A DNA stretch of 64,000 nucleotides from Leptospiraceae bacterium (GTDB lineage Bacteria; Spirochaetota; Leptospiria; Leptospirales; Leptonemataceae): NCBI GenBank assembly GCA_040217195.1, contig JAVJNR010000002.1:448001-512000 (forward strand), read 5' to 3'. Positions 1 through 10,638 of the stretch are shown in pieces (position 1 is the first letter of the stretch; every line of letters begins with the position of its first letter). The position numbers and the translations under genes are program-made. The notes beneath the pieces were generated by a model. It was not told the origin of the DNA and searched no databases. It saw only the letters and a list, made by a program, of their open reading frames with translations.

Positions 1-558
1 TCCCTGGAAAAGGAGCTGGGACGGGAAGGCATGGGTACGGCCCTGTTTAATGTAGTTCAGGAGCTGGTCACAAATGCCGTGAAAGCTAACGTTAAACGGG
101 TATTCTTCGAACAGAACCATTATAACCTGGAGGATCCTGCGGAATATCAGAAGGGTTTACAGGATTTTCGGGCCTTTTTCAGAACTCTTGATGCCAGGCA
201 ATACCGTAAGACATTGAAGGAGATGCAGCTATCTGTACGGGTGGATGTGGACCTGGATCATCAAAGGCTCCTGATTTTTGTAAGGAATAATACAATCATG
301 ATCCAGCAAGAAGAGGTCAGAATCCGAAAAAATCTGGCCGCAGCCATGGGTGTGAAAGATCTGGTTGAATTTAGCGTTCATTACGGAGATGAATCGGAAG
401 GGAACGGCCTTGGTCTGGCCATGGTTGTTTTACTTATCAAGGATATGGGTTTTGATCCGGGATTCTTTCGGGTCTATCACAATGAGGGTCAAACTACGGC
501 GAGACTGGAGTTCCCGCTGAGTGCAGATTACAGACCTCTTCGAAAGGTTGCAACCTGA
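1..558 (+). CDS. HATPase_c-like (histidine kinase/anti-sigma-type ATPase fold) protein, probably 5'-truncated by window edge
   Basis: N-box ELVTNAVKA and G-box GNGLGL; reading frame is open from position 1. Confidence 0.65.
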   Translation, partial: SLEKELGREGMGTALFNVVQELVTNAVKANVKRVFFEQNHYNLEDPAEYQKGLQDFRAFFRTLDARQYRKTLKEMQLSVRVDVDLDHQRLLIFVRNNTIMIQQEEVRIRKNLAAAMGVKDLVEFSVHYGDESEGNGLGLAMVVLLIKDMGFDPGFFRVYHNEGQTTARLEFPLSADYRPLRKVAT

Positions 559-627
559 TCCATTGTTTCGAAGTTTTCGCAATGTAACAAAATCGGCCTT
601 TTTGAGCCTGGGGATCCACCGGCAACT

Positions 628-1809
628 ATGGATATTTTTTCTGAATCATTGGCCTTTCATGAAAAGTTGAAAGGAAAACTGGACATCCGTTCCAAAGCAC
701 ACATCGAAAGCAGGCATGACCTATCTTTGCTCTATACGCCCGGTGTTGCAGAAAGCTGCAGAGTAATCCACCGAGATCCAGAGCAAGCCCGGAACTTAAC
801 TATTAAATCCGATACCGTGGCTGTAATCACCGATGGATCTGCAGTGCTGGGACTTGGCAATATTGGTCCCCTGGCAGCCCTCCCTGTGATGGAAGGGAAG
901 TGTGTTTTATTCAAAGAGTACGCTGGTCTGAATGCATTTCCTATCTGTCTGGATACTCAGAACACCGTGGAAATCATTAACATTGTTCGCAACCTGGCTC
1001 CTGTGTTCGCTGGAATCAATCTAGAAGATATCAGTGCCCCTCGATGTTTTGAAATCGAAGCCGGGCTACAGGACATAGGAATACCTGTATTTCATGATGA
1101 TCAGCATGGAACGGCCATCGTTTTACTGGCTGGCTTGCTTAATGCTGCGAAGCTTGCAGGGAAGAGTCTGTCTGAGCTAAGGGTGGTGATCAATGGATCC
1201 GGCGCTGCAGGAACTGCCATCGCCGAACTTCTGCTTGGTGTGGGGCATGATCCTTCTGTGTCGGAGCCTGTAGCTGAAGTTTTGATGTGCGATACTAAAG
1301 GGATAATCTCTCGAAACCGCAATGACATAGAATCCTATCCTGCAAAGATGAAACTTGCAAGAATTACCAACAGACATGGACGGGATGGTGGACTAGATGA
1401 TGCTATCGAAGGGGCGGATGTATTTATTGGCGTTAGCGTCGAAGGCGCTCTGACTCCAGCCATGGTGCGAAAGATGAATCCTGATCCCATCATTTTCGCT
1501 CTTGCCAATCCAGTGCCAGAAATACTTCCGGAAGAGGCTTACGAAGCCGGTGCACTGGTTGTAGGCACCGGTCGCAGCGATTTCGCAAATCAGATAAACA
1601 ATGTTCTTGCATTCCCGGGAATATTCCGTGGTGCCATTGATGTGAAGGCCACCCGGATTACTTCTTCTATGAAGATTGCTGCGGCTCGTGCTCTGGCAGA
1701 TCATGTGGGTAAACCAGGAAGAGATCATATTATCCCTTCTGTTCTTGATAAGACGGCTGGCGAAGATGTGGCCAGAGCTGTTTCGCAGGCCTATGATCCT
1801 GAGGTCTAA
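628..1809 (+). CDS. NAD(P)-dependent malic enzyme (short form, no PTA domain)
   Basis: YTPGVA, GLGNIGP..ALPVMEGK, NLEDI, FHDDQHGTA, GSGAAG, TGRSDFANQINN motifs. Confidence 0.95.
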   Translation: MDIFSESLAFHEKLKGKLDIRSKAHIESRHDLSLLYTPGVAESCRVIHRDPEQARNLTIKSDTVAVITDGSAVLGLGNIGPLAALPVMEGKCVLFKEYAGLNAFPICLDTQNTVEIINIVRNLAPVFAGINLEDISAPRCFEIEAGLQDIGIPVFHDDQHGTAIVLLAGLLNAAKLAGKSLSELRVVINGSGAAGTAIAELLLGVGHDPSVSEPVAEVLMCDTKGIISRNRNDIESYPAKMKLARITNRHGRDGGLDDAIEGADVFIGVSVEGALTPAMVRKMNPDPIIFALANPVPEILPEEAYEAGALVVGTGRSDFANQINNVLAFPGIFRGAIDVKATRITSSMKIAAARALADHVGKPGRDHIIPSVLDKTAGEDVARAVSQAYDPEV

Positions 1810-2345
1810 AGATCCAGGGATTCCCCTTCCTTTAAAAACCGCTCTTCTTCTTCTGCAATACCTCGAAGCCTCTGCAGATCATCCAGGACCTGTTTGAGCA
1901 AATCCAGGGTCTGTTTTTGCTCCTTAACGCTTCTGGCCTGTTTCACTTTGAGCAGCAGTCGCAATGCATGATGGCTTGTGCGGAATACCTGTTCTTTGAG
2001 CTGTATGGGCGCTTCATCCAGCAGTAAATCCGTGGCCTCAATGATGCTCATCAGTACACTATCTGCCAGTTCCCCCGCGGGGCTTAGAGGATCCCCATCG
2101 TTGCCTGAAACGCCACTTTCGCTCCGGGAGCTGGCCGGGGCATCGCTGCGTTTTCTGGAAGCAATTATCTTCCAGATATGTGGATCATCCGTGGGCTTAA
2201 GATAGGCCGTGAGGGGACGATCATCGGGAAATAGAGAGCTATGGGCCGCCGGGATAAGTCGCACTCTTCGTAGCTTGCCCTGGACCTTCTTTGCTGGTTC
2301 CTGCTCGGATCCATGTTTTCCCGCGCCGCCGCTCATATCACCCAT
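1806..2345 (-). CDS. hypothetical protein, helical C-terminus
   Basis: 179-aa ORF filling the gap; convergent 4-nt overlap with malic enzyme; no motif recognised. Confidence 0.5.
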   Translation of the reverse strand: MGDMSGGAGKHGSEQEPAKKVQGKLRRVRLIPAAHSSLFPDDRPLTAYLKPTDDPHIWKIIASRKRSDAPASSRSESGVSGNDGDPLSPAGELADSVLMSIIEATDLLLDEAPIQLKEQVFRTSHHALRLLLKVKQARSVKEQKQTLDLLKQVLDDLQRLRGIAEEEERFLKEGESLDL

Positions 2346-2444
2346 TGGAGCACATCCACTACAGGAAGGCGAGAAAATTATCAGTGTCGGAAACGGGGCT
2401 GGAAAGGGGTACGGGCCGGCATTGCCTGGCCCGGTAAAAAACGC

Positions 2445-2855
2445 CTACTGGCTGGCTTGGCTGTTTTCGGACTCTATGCGCTTCAGAACCTGAAGCAGAT
2501 AAGGACCGGATTCCACTACCTTGCCGTCCGGAAACTTGATCTTATAGGCAATACCTGTCATAGAAGATTCCGTGGCCAGATACTTGATAAACTGGCGGGC
2601 TGTCTTGATTTTATCCCCGGCATAATCATGTTTGCGCTTCAAATGTGAAACAGCCTTTTCCGCATCATACTCAATTCCGTTACGAATAAAAATAGCTCGG
2701 GTGGTTCGAATTTCCTGATAGAGTAAATTGATTTTCTGCTGCTCGGATAGGGCCCATAGATTCCCTGTTCCACCCAGAAAAAAGGTGAGTCCAAGTAGTA
2801 TCAGGCTGACCCTTTTTAAGGCCCTGCTCCGGGATTTCTCAATAGATGAATTCAT
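2445..2855 (-). CDS. secreted DUF5329/YfeK-like protein
   Basis: signal peptide; FIRNG..Y.A..A..HL..K...A..FI...A..SS.TG..Y pattern. Confidence 0.75.
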   Translation of the reverse strand: MNSSIEKSRSRALKRVSLILLGLTFFLGGTGNLWALSEQQKINLLYQEIRTTRAIFIRNGIEYDAEKAVSHLKRKHDYAGDKIKTARQFIKYLATESSMTGIAYKIKFPDGKVVESGPYLLQVLKRIESENSQASQ

Positions 2856-2917
2856 AGCTTATTGCCTCCAGGATTATTCTAATGTAACCACTGCCGATGA
2901 GTATCGAAAATCACCTT

Positions 2918-3811
2918 ATGCAGCACTACCAACCATACCGGAAAACCAGAATTGCCACACTTAGCCTGATGGCATTGCTCGGGGTTCTGGCTTCCTGTTC
3001 TCTGGCAGATATTCGGCCAGACTCCCTAAAGACGGAAATTACTTCGGATCAGTTCGAAAAAGGCAGGAGGATTCTGAATCGGTCGGTGGAGGCCCATGGT
3101 GGTGTTGAGCGCTGGCAGCAATCCGGGCCCATTATTATCCGTTTTTCCGATGAATGGCCGGGATTTCTCAATCGGTCCCTTTTTATGCCCTGGCCAGAGA
3201 ATCCCATGCAAGCATCAATGTACATAGTCCCGGGAAAGGACGATGCCAGGATTGTAATGCAAAAAGGTGAATCCAGCGGGCAATTCATGGGACTGCAAAA
3301 TTGGATTCCTTACACCGGTCAGTCCGAGGATGGGCTATCGTCCCGGGTGGAACTGGAGCCAGGCAACGATGATATAAAGTTCTGGGTCCCAACATTGAAC
3401 TACTTTCTCCAGTTACCGTTTCGAATTGGAGAAGCAGATGTGGTGGCCTATGCCGGCGAAAAGGAACTGGACGGTCGCGTATTTGAGCTAGTATTCGTTT
3501 CCTGGAACCGTGCAGAGCCGCAGGAGATGGTGGATCAGTATCTGCTCTGGATAGAAAAGAAAACTGGATACATTGAGTATGCAACCTATACAGTACGAGA
3601 TATGGGCGGATTCGTAACCGGCACCATGCATTATTCGGATTTCAGGAATCAGGACGGTCTGGTGATTGCGCGAAAGCAGACTGTGGTAGACTCTCCGGAA
3701 GAGCATGGGGAGCCATTTCACCGGTTGACCATAGAAGAAATCCAGTTCGGAGCAGATCTGCCCGAAGGTGTAATCTTTCCGGCTCCGGATCAGGCAGCTG
3801 ATAAATACTGA
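2918..3811 (+). CDS. putative lipoprotein (start uncertain, 2897 or 2918)
   Basis: basic N-terminus, hydrophobic stretch, LASC lipobox; AHGG...W motif common in LolA-like/DUF6503-type proteins. Confidence 0.65.
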   Translation: MQHYQPYRKTRIATLSLMALLGVLASCSLADIRPDSLKTEITSDQFEKGRRILNRSVEAHGGVERWQQSGPIIIRFSDEWPGFLNRSLFMPWPENPMQASMYIVPGKDDARIVMQKGESSGQFMGLQNWIPYTGQSEDGLSSRVELEPGNDDIKFWVPTLNYFLQLPFRIGEADVVAYAGEKELDGRVFELVFVSWNRAEPQEMVDQYLLWIEKKTGYIEYATYTVRDMGGFVTGTMHYSDFRNQDGLVIARKQTVVDSPEEHGEPFHRLTIEEIQFGADLPEGVIFPAPDQAADKY

Positions 3812-3896
3812 GCCCTCCAATTGCCTCGGGCCCTGCAGGGCTCAGAACGGTTGACAGATTCATCGGCCATGAGTCCCGTTGCGAACGGGGGATTCG

Positions 3897-6326
3897 ATGA
3901 AGAAACGGATTATAGCTTTATCTATTGTAGGTGTAGGATTGTTGCTCTATCTGGGAGCATATCTCTATCTCTACACCTTTGTTCCGGATCGGTCCGGAAC
4001 GGAGAAACTGACTGGTCTGAGTAGCGAAGTCCAGGTCTATTACGATTCCTACGGTATACCTCACATAGAAGCCACCAACCAGCAGGATGCTTTTCGTGCT
4101 CTGGGATACGTTCATGCCAGGGATCGTCTGTTTCAGATGGAAATGCTCCGTCGTGTTGCTCGTGGTCGATTGGCAGAAATCCTGGGGCCTGACCTTCTGG
4201 AAGTGGATAAACTATTTCGCACACTTCGCCTGGATCAGTTCGCAGAGACCTATGTTGCGAACCTGGATAAAGATCAGCCGTATGTAAAACTCAGCCAGTC
4301 CTACCTGGATGGAATTAATGCATATATCGAAAACGGTGAAATGCCTCTGGAATTTTCTATCCTGGGCATTGAACCCCGGCCATTTGAACTTTCAGACTCC
4401 ATTGCAATCGCTGGATACATGGCTTACACTTTTGCTGCAGCATTGAAGCAAGAGCCGCTACTAACCTATGTTCAATCAGAACTGGGCGAAAAGTATCTGG
4501 CAGATCTTAAATACGATTTGCATCCCAGCGGAGAGCTAAGTCCCAATCGTTTCAAATATGAAAAAGTAAATTCTGGCAATCCAAATGCCCGCGGCCCACA
4601 GAACCCTGAAGAGAAAGCAAGAATGGTGGCTCTGAATGAAATCGTGGGTCTGGCCCGTCGGGCCGATGTGTTTCGTCACTCAATTGGAATCTTCGAGGGC
4701 TCCAATGCCTGGGCAGTGGCTCCTAAAAAGTCCACCAATGGTCAGGCCATGCTGGCAGGCGATCCGCATATTTCCTTTTCACAACCCCAGGTCTGGTTCG
4801 AGGCTCATATCACAAGTCCGGGCTTTGAAATCTATGGTCACTATCTTGCAGGCATTCCCATGCCATTGCTGGGCCACAATCGCAACAAGGCCTGGAGCAT
4901 CACAATGTTCCAGAACGATGACATGGATCTCTATGCAGAATCATTGAATCCGCAGAATCCCGGTCAGACTCTGTTTCGCGGTCAACCTGAGGACATAGAA
5001 ACAGAAGAGGTGACGATTAAAGTTAAAGGTGAGCCGGATGTAAAATACACCGTGCGACGAACTCGTCACGGTCCTATATTAAACGATGTAGTAGATTCCA
5101 TAAAAGATAAGCCACCGATCAGTCTGAAATGGGCTTTCCATGATGAAAGTAACAGTGTGATAGAAGCATTCTATCTTATGATGCAATCGGCAAACATGGA
5201 GGAATTCGAAAAGGGTGTTTCTCTAATTGGCGCTCCTGGCCTGAACGTTATGTACGTGGATTCTGCGGGAAATATTTCATGGTGGGCCGCAGCAAAACTA
5301 CCCAGACGGGAAGCCGCAGCCAATCCATCTTTTATTCTGGAAGGTACCGGCGGACAGGAGTGGACCGGATATGTACCATTCGCGCAGAATCCGCAGAAAA
5401 AGAATCCGGAAAGTGGATACCTGATCACAGCCAATGAGCAGCCAAGAAATGAACAATACCCGGGTTATTACAATTTTGCATACCGTGCCTACACAGTGGA
5501 CAAATTTCTATCCTCAGAGGAATACGTATCTCCGGATGAAATGAAAGAATTGCAGGGCGATGTAAGCTTTACCTATGCCCTGGAACAAATTCGCATCATT
5601 CGAAGTGTAATTGAAAAGGATCTTCCGTCCAGAACTCAATCTAGAACTGCATTCGCATTCTTGCTTCGATGGGATGGGCAATATGGATCGGAATCTGTGG
5701 GAGCTTCCATTTTTACTGAGCTGCTCTATCAGATTGCCCGGGAAGCCACAGCGGATGAGTTTGAGGATGAGTTCTTCAAAGCATTTACCGGGTCTCGCTT
5801 CTATTTCGATTCCATGGGTGCCATTCTGGCCAATCCTGATTCTCCGTACTGGGATAATCGAAGCACGGATGCCAGAGAAACTCAAAAGGACATCCTGCTC
5901 AAAGCCTGGTCCAATACGCTTTCCGTACTGGATGATGAGCTGGGTTCTAATCCCGGAAACTGGGTCTGGCGTCGGCTACATACCGTAGAGTATGTCCATC
6001 CTGTGGGTCGCAAATGGCCATTCAATCTTCTGTTCAATGTTGGTCCGTTTCCAGCAGTGGGCTCAATAGAAACAGTATTCAATATGAATCACGGTCAGGG
6101 ATCCGGTCTTCATCGTGTAAAGAAAGGTCCATCGGCGCGAAGAATTATAGACTTTGCTGATCCGGCCAACTCCCTGGGAATTACTCCAACCGGAAACTCC
6201 GGAGTAGTCCTGGACCCCCATTACGATGACCAGGCCCAGACATTTCTCAAGAGACAGTATCGTCCTCAGATTCTGGACCTGGATGAACTGAAAAGTGAAG
6301 TGGATCCACTGCGGCTCATTCCTTGA
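3897..6326 (+). CDS. penicillin acylase family Ntn hydrolase (QuiP/AHL-acylase-like), N-terminal membrane anchor
   Basis: GIPHI..A..D...ALGYVHARDRLFQM, nucleophile GSNAW, AGDPH, TRHGP, HYDDQ. Confidence 0.93.
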   Translation: MKKRIIALSIVGVGLLLYLGAYLYLYTFVPDRSGTEKLTGLSSEVQVYYDSYGIPHIEATNQQDAFRALGYVHARDRLFQMEMLRRVARGRLAEILGPDLLEVDKLFRTLRLDQFAETYVANLDKDQPYVKLSQSYLDGINAYIENGEMPLEFSILGIEPRPFELSDSIAIAGYMAYTFAAALKQEPLLTYVQSELGEKYLADLKYDLHPSGELSPNRFKYEKVNSGNPNARGPQNPEEKARMVALNEIVGLARRADVFRHSIGIFEGSNAWAVAPKKSTNGQAMLAGDPHISFSQPQVWFEAHITSPGFEIYGHYLAGIPMPLLGHNRNKAWSITMFQNDDMDLYAESLNPQNPGQTLFRGQPEDIETEEVTIKVKGEPDVKYTVRRTRHGPILNDVVDSIKDKPPISLKWAFHDESNSVIEAFYLMMQSANMEEFEKGVSLIGAPGLNVMYVDSAGNISWWAAAKLPRREAAANPSFILEGTGGQEWTGYVPFAQNPQKKNPESGYLITANEQPRNEQYPGYYNFAYRAYTVDKFLSSEEYVSPDEMKELQGDVSFTYALEQIRIIRSVIEKDLPSRTQSRTAFAFLLRWDGQYGSESVGASIFTELLYQIAREATADEFEDEFFKAFTGSRFYFDSMGAILANPDSPYWDNRSTDARETQKDILLKAWSNTLSVLDDELGSNPGNWVWRRLHTVEYVHPVGRKWPFNLLFNVGPFPAVGSIETVFNMNHGQGSGLHRVKKGPSARRIIDFADPANSLGITPTGNSGVVLDPHYDDQAQTFLKRQYRPQILDLDELKSEVDPLRLIP

Positions 6327-6334
6327 TCGTTTCT

Positions 6335-6360
6335 TTCCGGGCTTCTCGGGAGGCCCGGAA
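6335..6360 (+). terminator. hairpin after acylase gene (probable terminator, weak U-tract)
   Basis: TTCCGGGCTTC-tcgg-GAGGCCCGGAA 11-bp stem, 8 nt after the stop codon. Confidence 0.55.
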
Positions 6361-6543
6361 TTGCTGTGAGCGGCTGCGCGATGTTCCAATAGCTCATGAG
6401 CCAACAGTCACCGGGTTCGGGTGCGAGTTCCATTTTCGGTCCGCCCCGTCCTGCTTCATTAGTTGCGGATGGCCGCTCATGATCCTACATCGGTTTCCCT
6501 AAATTTTGAAGTCTGTTCAGGCCAGCTTTGTTTATTTACGCAT

Positions 6544-7377
6544 ATGGCAATGTATATAGCACCCTATGCCAATCAGGTATCTGGCGAATTTGATGGCGGA
6601 AAGATTCTGGAAAAAAAGCCACTGGGCTTTCCCCAGGAAGGCGGAGGAATACCTTATATTTCCAGCCTTTTCTACTGGGCCTGCGCCTGGAGTGATGAAG
6701 GTGGGCTGATCGCAGAACATCCGCACCAGGCTTTTGAAATCATTTCCTTCGTACTGGATGGAGAAATCGAGCACTATGACAATCAGCTGCAAGGCTGGCA
6801 GAAACTGAAGGCCGGCGATGTGCAGATTATTCGCTCAGGCTCCGGAATAAGTCATGCCGAACGGCTGAACGCAGGAAGCCGAATGTTTCAGATCTGGTTT
6901 GATCCCCATGTAGATCAAGCAGTGACTCAGCCGGCTACCTACGACGATTATCGCGCGGATCAATTTCCGGTGCATACTTCCGACGGTGTGGAGCAGACCA
7001 CGATCATTGGGCCCGGCTCACCGTTTAAGATGCAGAGCCCGGTGGAGGTCTATCGACGGAAATACGATGGAGGGTCGCTGGAGCTTGACCTGAATGTGGG
7101 TCAGGTAATGGCCATGTATGCTCTGGATGGAAACTTTGAGTTCCAGGATGTACAGACGCCGGATGGGCAGAAGGCCATGCTGGGCAAAGGAGATACTTTT
7201 GTATGGCAACCGGAACCGGCGGGAACTGCTGATACGGCCGATTCTCCGGAGACTCAGCCCACGCAAACACTGAGGCTACAGACCGCAGGTCCCGCTGAAC
7301 TGTTCATTGTTCAGATGCCTGTGGATCCTGGCTATCCTGTGTACACGCAGAGATTTCAGGCGGCCCCGGCAAGATAA
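6544..7377 (+). CDS. pirin family protein
   Basis: HPHQAFEIIS...EHYD...GDVQ...SGSGISHAE iron-binding cupin motif; ATG 6544 preferred over TTG 6463. Confidence 0.9.
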   Translation: MAMYIAPYANQVSGEFDGGKILEKKPLGFPQEGGGIPYISSLFYWACAWSDEGGLIAEHPHQAFEIISFVLDGEIEHYDNQLQGWQKLKAGDVQIIRSGSGISHAERLNAGSRMFQIWFDPHVDQAVTQPATYDDYRADQFPVHTSDGVEQTTIIGPGSPFKMQSPVEVYRRKYDGGSLELDLNVGQVMAMYALDGNFEFQDVQTPDGQKAMLGKGDTFVWQPEPAGTADTADSPETQPTQTLRLQTAGPAELFIVQMPVDPGYPVYTQRFQAAPAR

Positions 7378-7512
7378 TAGAGGCCAGGCAACCGGGGCTG
7401 GCCGTCCCACTACAAGAATTATATCCTTCCGCCAAATCGGGTAGGTCCGAATATTCAAAACAGGTTGACCCTTTCTCCGACGACTTTCATGTTCGGCTCT
7501 GGTGGATACTCT

Positions 7513-8322
7513 ATGAATTGGATACAGAACATACTGGTAGGATTTCTCTTTTTTGGAGCTCTCTTCCTGGTAGGATATTTCACTATTGTGTCCGAAAGCG
7601 GTCCGTTCGCCCGTCCAGGAAAGCGAATGGTATTTTATTTCGATCATGCAGACGGTATTAAAGAGGGCTCCCGTGTTACAGTACTGGGTGTACCTTCCGG
7701 TTCGGTGACAGGAGTCGACCTGGTTACCGTGAATGGTCGGGGCGATGTTGTGGAACCAGACTCTCCGGATCGAATTCGCCAAATTGTGGCCGTTACAATC
7801 GAGCTCAAGAAGCAGGTGGTCTTCTATGAGAACTACCGCATTGCAATTAAGAATGAAAGTTTACTGTCCGGTAAAGTGGTTTCTGTGGATCCGGGTTCTT
7901 CGGCCGCCGGAGAAGGGGAGAATCCGCAACAAATCCCGGTCTTCTCTGTGGACAGTGCAGTCCTTTCCAGTACAGGACAGTCGGCGCTGGAGTATCAATT
8001 AACCAGTTCTTCCGGTGACAACTATGTGGATCTAAAAGGCGAAAGCAGTGGAGATCCAATAGCTGGATTTTCAGAACTTATAGCAGAAAACCGCGCCGAT
8101 CTTCGCAGAACCGTTCAAAATGTGGCCGAAATCACGGATAAAATAAATCGTGGTGATGGAACCATTGGAAAGCTCATAAATGACCAGGAATTGCACAACA
8201 ATGCAACCACTCTGGTTACAGAAGCACAGGTTGTTGTGCGAGAAGTTCGCGAAAGTCTGGAAGATACACGGGAGCAGGCACCAGTAACCTCTTTTGTCCG
8301 GGCAGCGCTTACTGCCTTTTGA
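7513..8322 (+). CDS. MlaD/Mce family protein
   Basis: N-terminal TM helix, F..ADGIKEGSRVTVLGV..G.V, SLLSGK.V..DPG, GDGTIGKLIND helical tail. Confidence 0.9.
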   Translation: MNWIQNILVGFLFFGALFLVGYFTIVSESGPFARPGKRMVFYFDHADGIKEGSRVTVLGVPSGSVTGVDLVTVNGRGDVVEPDSPDRIRQIVAVTIELKKQVVFYENYRIAIKNESLLSGKVVSVDPGSSAAGEGENPQQIPVFSVDSAVLSSTGQSALEYQLTSSSGDNYVDLKGESSGDPIAGFSELIAENRADLRRTVQNVAEITDKINRGDGTIGKLINDQELHNNATTLVTEAQVVVREVRESLEDTREQAPVTSFVRAALTAF

Positions 8323-8486
8323 TTACTGAGCCCGGATCATAGTCTTTCAGTTGCTTAAACTTCGGATGGATCCATCCATTCTGGACTGATCCACTGGTAA
8401 GCTAACCAGCCCGCTTTCAACGGTCACTATGTGATTCTGTCAAAAGTTAGTTGTATCGTACAGCGTTCTCTGTTTTATGAATTCAG

Positions 8487-10043
8487 ATGAATGAAACAGA
8501 AATCATCAGTCGGCGTCGGGGACCAGTAGTAGTAAATCGCATTCGATTTGGACTTATTGCCCTATTCTATGCTTCTGTTGGAATCACTTATGCAACCAAT
8601 TCACCGGCTCAAAATGTAGCCTATCTTACTGGAATATCTGCAATGGTGGTCTATGCCTTGATTTTCTGGTTCTGGAATCGGAAAGGATTGGTGCCCGCCT
8701 GGTTTTCCCGAGGAATGCTTTTGTTGGATATTCTGGTACTGCTTTCTACAATGGTGCCGGGAGTCATTCGAGATAAATACGGGGCCTACGATATCAGCCA
8801 GTCCCATGTGCTGTATCTTATCTATATCATCTATATCTTTAATTCTGCATTCTATCTTTCCAGAAGGTTCGTTTACGTTACAACCGGTGTGGCCCTTACT
8901 GCCTATGCAATCGTATTCATACTGGCCACCCAGAGTGGAATGAACTTTACCATGGAGCCGCCGGCGGATGATAAGTTTGAACTGGCTCTCTCCAATGAAA
9001 TCACCAAACTAATATTCATAGTTGCCTGCGGCTATATTGTATCGCAGATCATGGCCGTACTTCTGCGACTATATGCCTATTCGGCGGAAACCCGGGAGGT
9101 GGCCGAGCAGTCAGTGGCTGAGCTGGAAGAAAGGCAATCCCAGCTAGAGCATGCAGCACAGACAGCTGAAAGTACCGTTCAGGGATTTCAGGACTTTAAC
9201 AATCGATTCGCGGGCCTGATAGAAAAGCAGACCGATTCCTTTGCCACGATTACAGAATCCATTGATTCTATGTCAGAAAAGAGCCACGAGCAGGTGGCCA
9301 CCGCCAACTTTCAGAAGGATCAACTGGGCCAGCTGAATACCAAAGGGGAGCATTTTGATTCTCTACTTAAAGAAATCACAACTTCCACCGGTGAACTGAG
9401 TGATCGAATGCGAAGCACATCTGAAGCGTCTGGAAAAGTAGTGCAACAGGTGGAGAATCTAAATCAGGTATTCGATGCCATCCGGGCCTCTTTCGATTCT
9501 GTAGGAGATGCCACCGATATCCTCACCGAAGTGTCTGAAAGGACGAACCTGCTTGCTCTTAACGCTGCCATTGAAGCGGCGCGAGCGGGGGATCAGGGAA
9601 GGGGATTCGCAGTAGTGGCCCAGGAAGTGGGTAAGCTGGCCGGAAGCAGCCAGGAAAATGCAAATCATATTGCATCGCAGGTGGAAGCGGTTCGTTCTCA
9701 GTTGCAGCAAGCCGTGAATCTTGTTACCGAAACAGTATCTCTGACTGAACGGCAGTCCCAGGTATTTGAGGAGACTCAGAGCTATTTTATTCGCCTGGAA
9801 GAATTGATTGAAAAACAAAGGCGGGCCGATGCGGATTTTGCCAGTACGTTAAACGAACTTGAGCGATCCATCGATACCATGTCTTCCGGGACCGAAAAGC
9901 AACAGGAGCTGGCCCGGAGTATCGAAAACAGTATTCGCAGCTTTGCTGAGATTCATGATTCTGTGGCCGAAGAGTCCCAGAAGATTCAGGAAATGATAGA
10001 ATCTCTTTCCACCGAAGTGAAGCGAATGCAGGGCGCTCCTTGA
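8487..10043 (+). CDS. methyl-accepting chemotaxis protein with multi-TM N-terminal sensor
   Basis: [34 protein letters not shown] signalling hairpin; about 5-6 hydrophobic segments. Confidence 0.95.
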   Translation: MNETEIISRRRGPVVVNRIRFGLIALFYASVGITYATNSPAQNVAYLTGISAMVVYALIFWFWNRKGLVPAWFSRGMLLLDILVLLSTMVPGVIRDKYGAYDISQSHVLYLIYIIYIFNSAFYLSRRFVYVTTGVALTAYAIVFILATQSGMNFTMEPPADDKFELALSNEITKLIFIVACGYIVSQIMAVLLRLYAYSAETREVAEQSVAELEERQSQLEHAAQTAESTVQGFQDFNNRFAGLIEKQTDSFATITESIDSMSEKSHEQVATANFQKDQLGQLNTKGEHFDSLLKEITTSTGELSDRMRSTSEASGKVVQQVENLNQVFDAIRASFDSVGDATDILTEVSERTNLLALNAAIEAARAGDQGRGFAVVAQEVGKLAGSSQENANHIASQVEAVRSQLQQAVNLVTETVSLTERQSQVFEETQSYFIRLEELIEKQRRADADFASTLNELERSIDTMSSGTEKQQELARSIENSIRSFAEIHDSVAEESQKIQEMIESLSTEVKRMQGAP

Positions 10044-10169
10044 TTATCGCCAACAGGGCAGCCAGGGCAGCATTGCTAATTATTCTCGGTTAGTATTCGG
10101 CTGGCCTGGAGTTCAACAGAGACGTCCAGAATGAGATGACATCTGTTCAGTCCAGATTTGCAATGTCGC

Positions 10170-10616
10170 ATGCTGGAATCCGAACTGCACTTTGAGCTGA
10201 TTCATGACCCTAACCCGGAACTGCAGGAGTCTCTCTGGAAGCGACTCCATGAGTCCAGCATTGAGAAGTTGAGTCCTTCGGATCCTCAAACCACACAGTC
10301 ACTGGCCATATGCGTTACCCGAAATCAGGAATTGCGGGCTGGGCTGCTTGCCATCTGCTATTTTGGCGGAATGAATTTACAATGTCTGTGGGTGCATCAG
10401 GAAGAACGTGGTCAGGGCCTGGGAGAACAGCTTCTGGCCAGAATCGAAACCATATCCAGGGAATTAAGATGCAACATAATCTGGGGACATACATTCGGCT
10501 TTCAGGCCAGGGACTTTTATCTAAAGAACGACTATTTGGAATTCGCAACACTACCGGACTATCCACCAGGTCATGGCTGTAGTTTTCTAAAGAAAGAACT
10601 GGTTTCCGGGGAATAA
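10170..10616 (+). CDS. GNAT family N-acetyltransferase
   Basis: LWV...RGQGLG..LL motif A; TFGFQARDFY...Y. Confidence 0.88.
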   Translation: MLESELHFELIHDPNPELQESLWKRLHESSIEKLSPSDPQTTQSLAICVTRNQELRAGLLAICYFGGMNLQCLWVHQEERGQGLGEQLLARIETISRELRCNIIWGHTFGFQARDFYLKNDYLEFATLPDYPPGHGCSFLKKELVSGE

Positions 10617-10638
10617 TCCGACCGGGCATTAATCCGAT

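Noticed and set aside
6435..6465. Hammerhead-like core on the minus strand (CTAATGA...GAAA)
   Set aside because: Essential G5 is A and stem II does not form convincingly
8323..8486. Sigma28 promoter for the MCP gene; GGATGGATCCATCC palindrome
   Set aside because: No TAAA-N15-GCCGATAA match, and a single short palindrome is not distinguishable from chance
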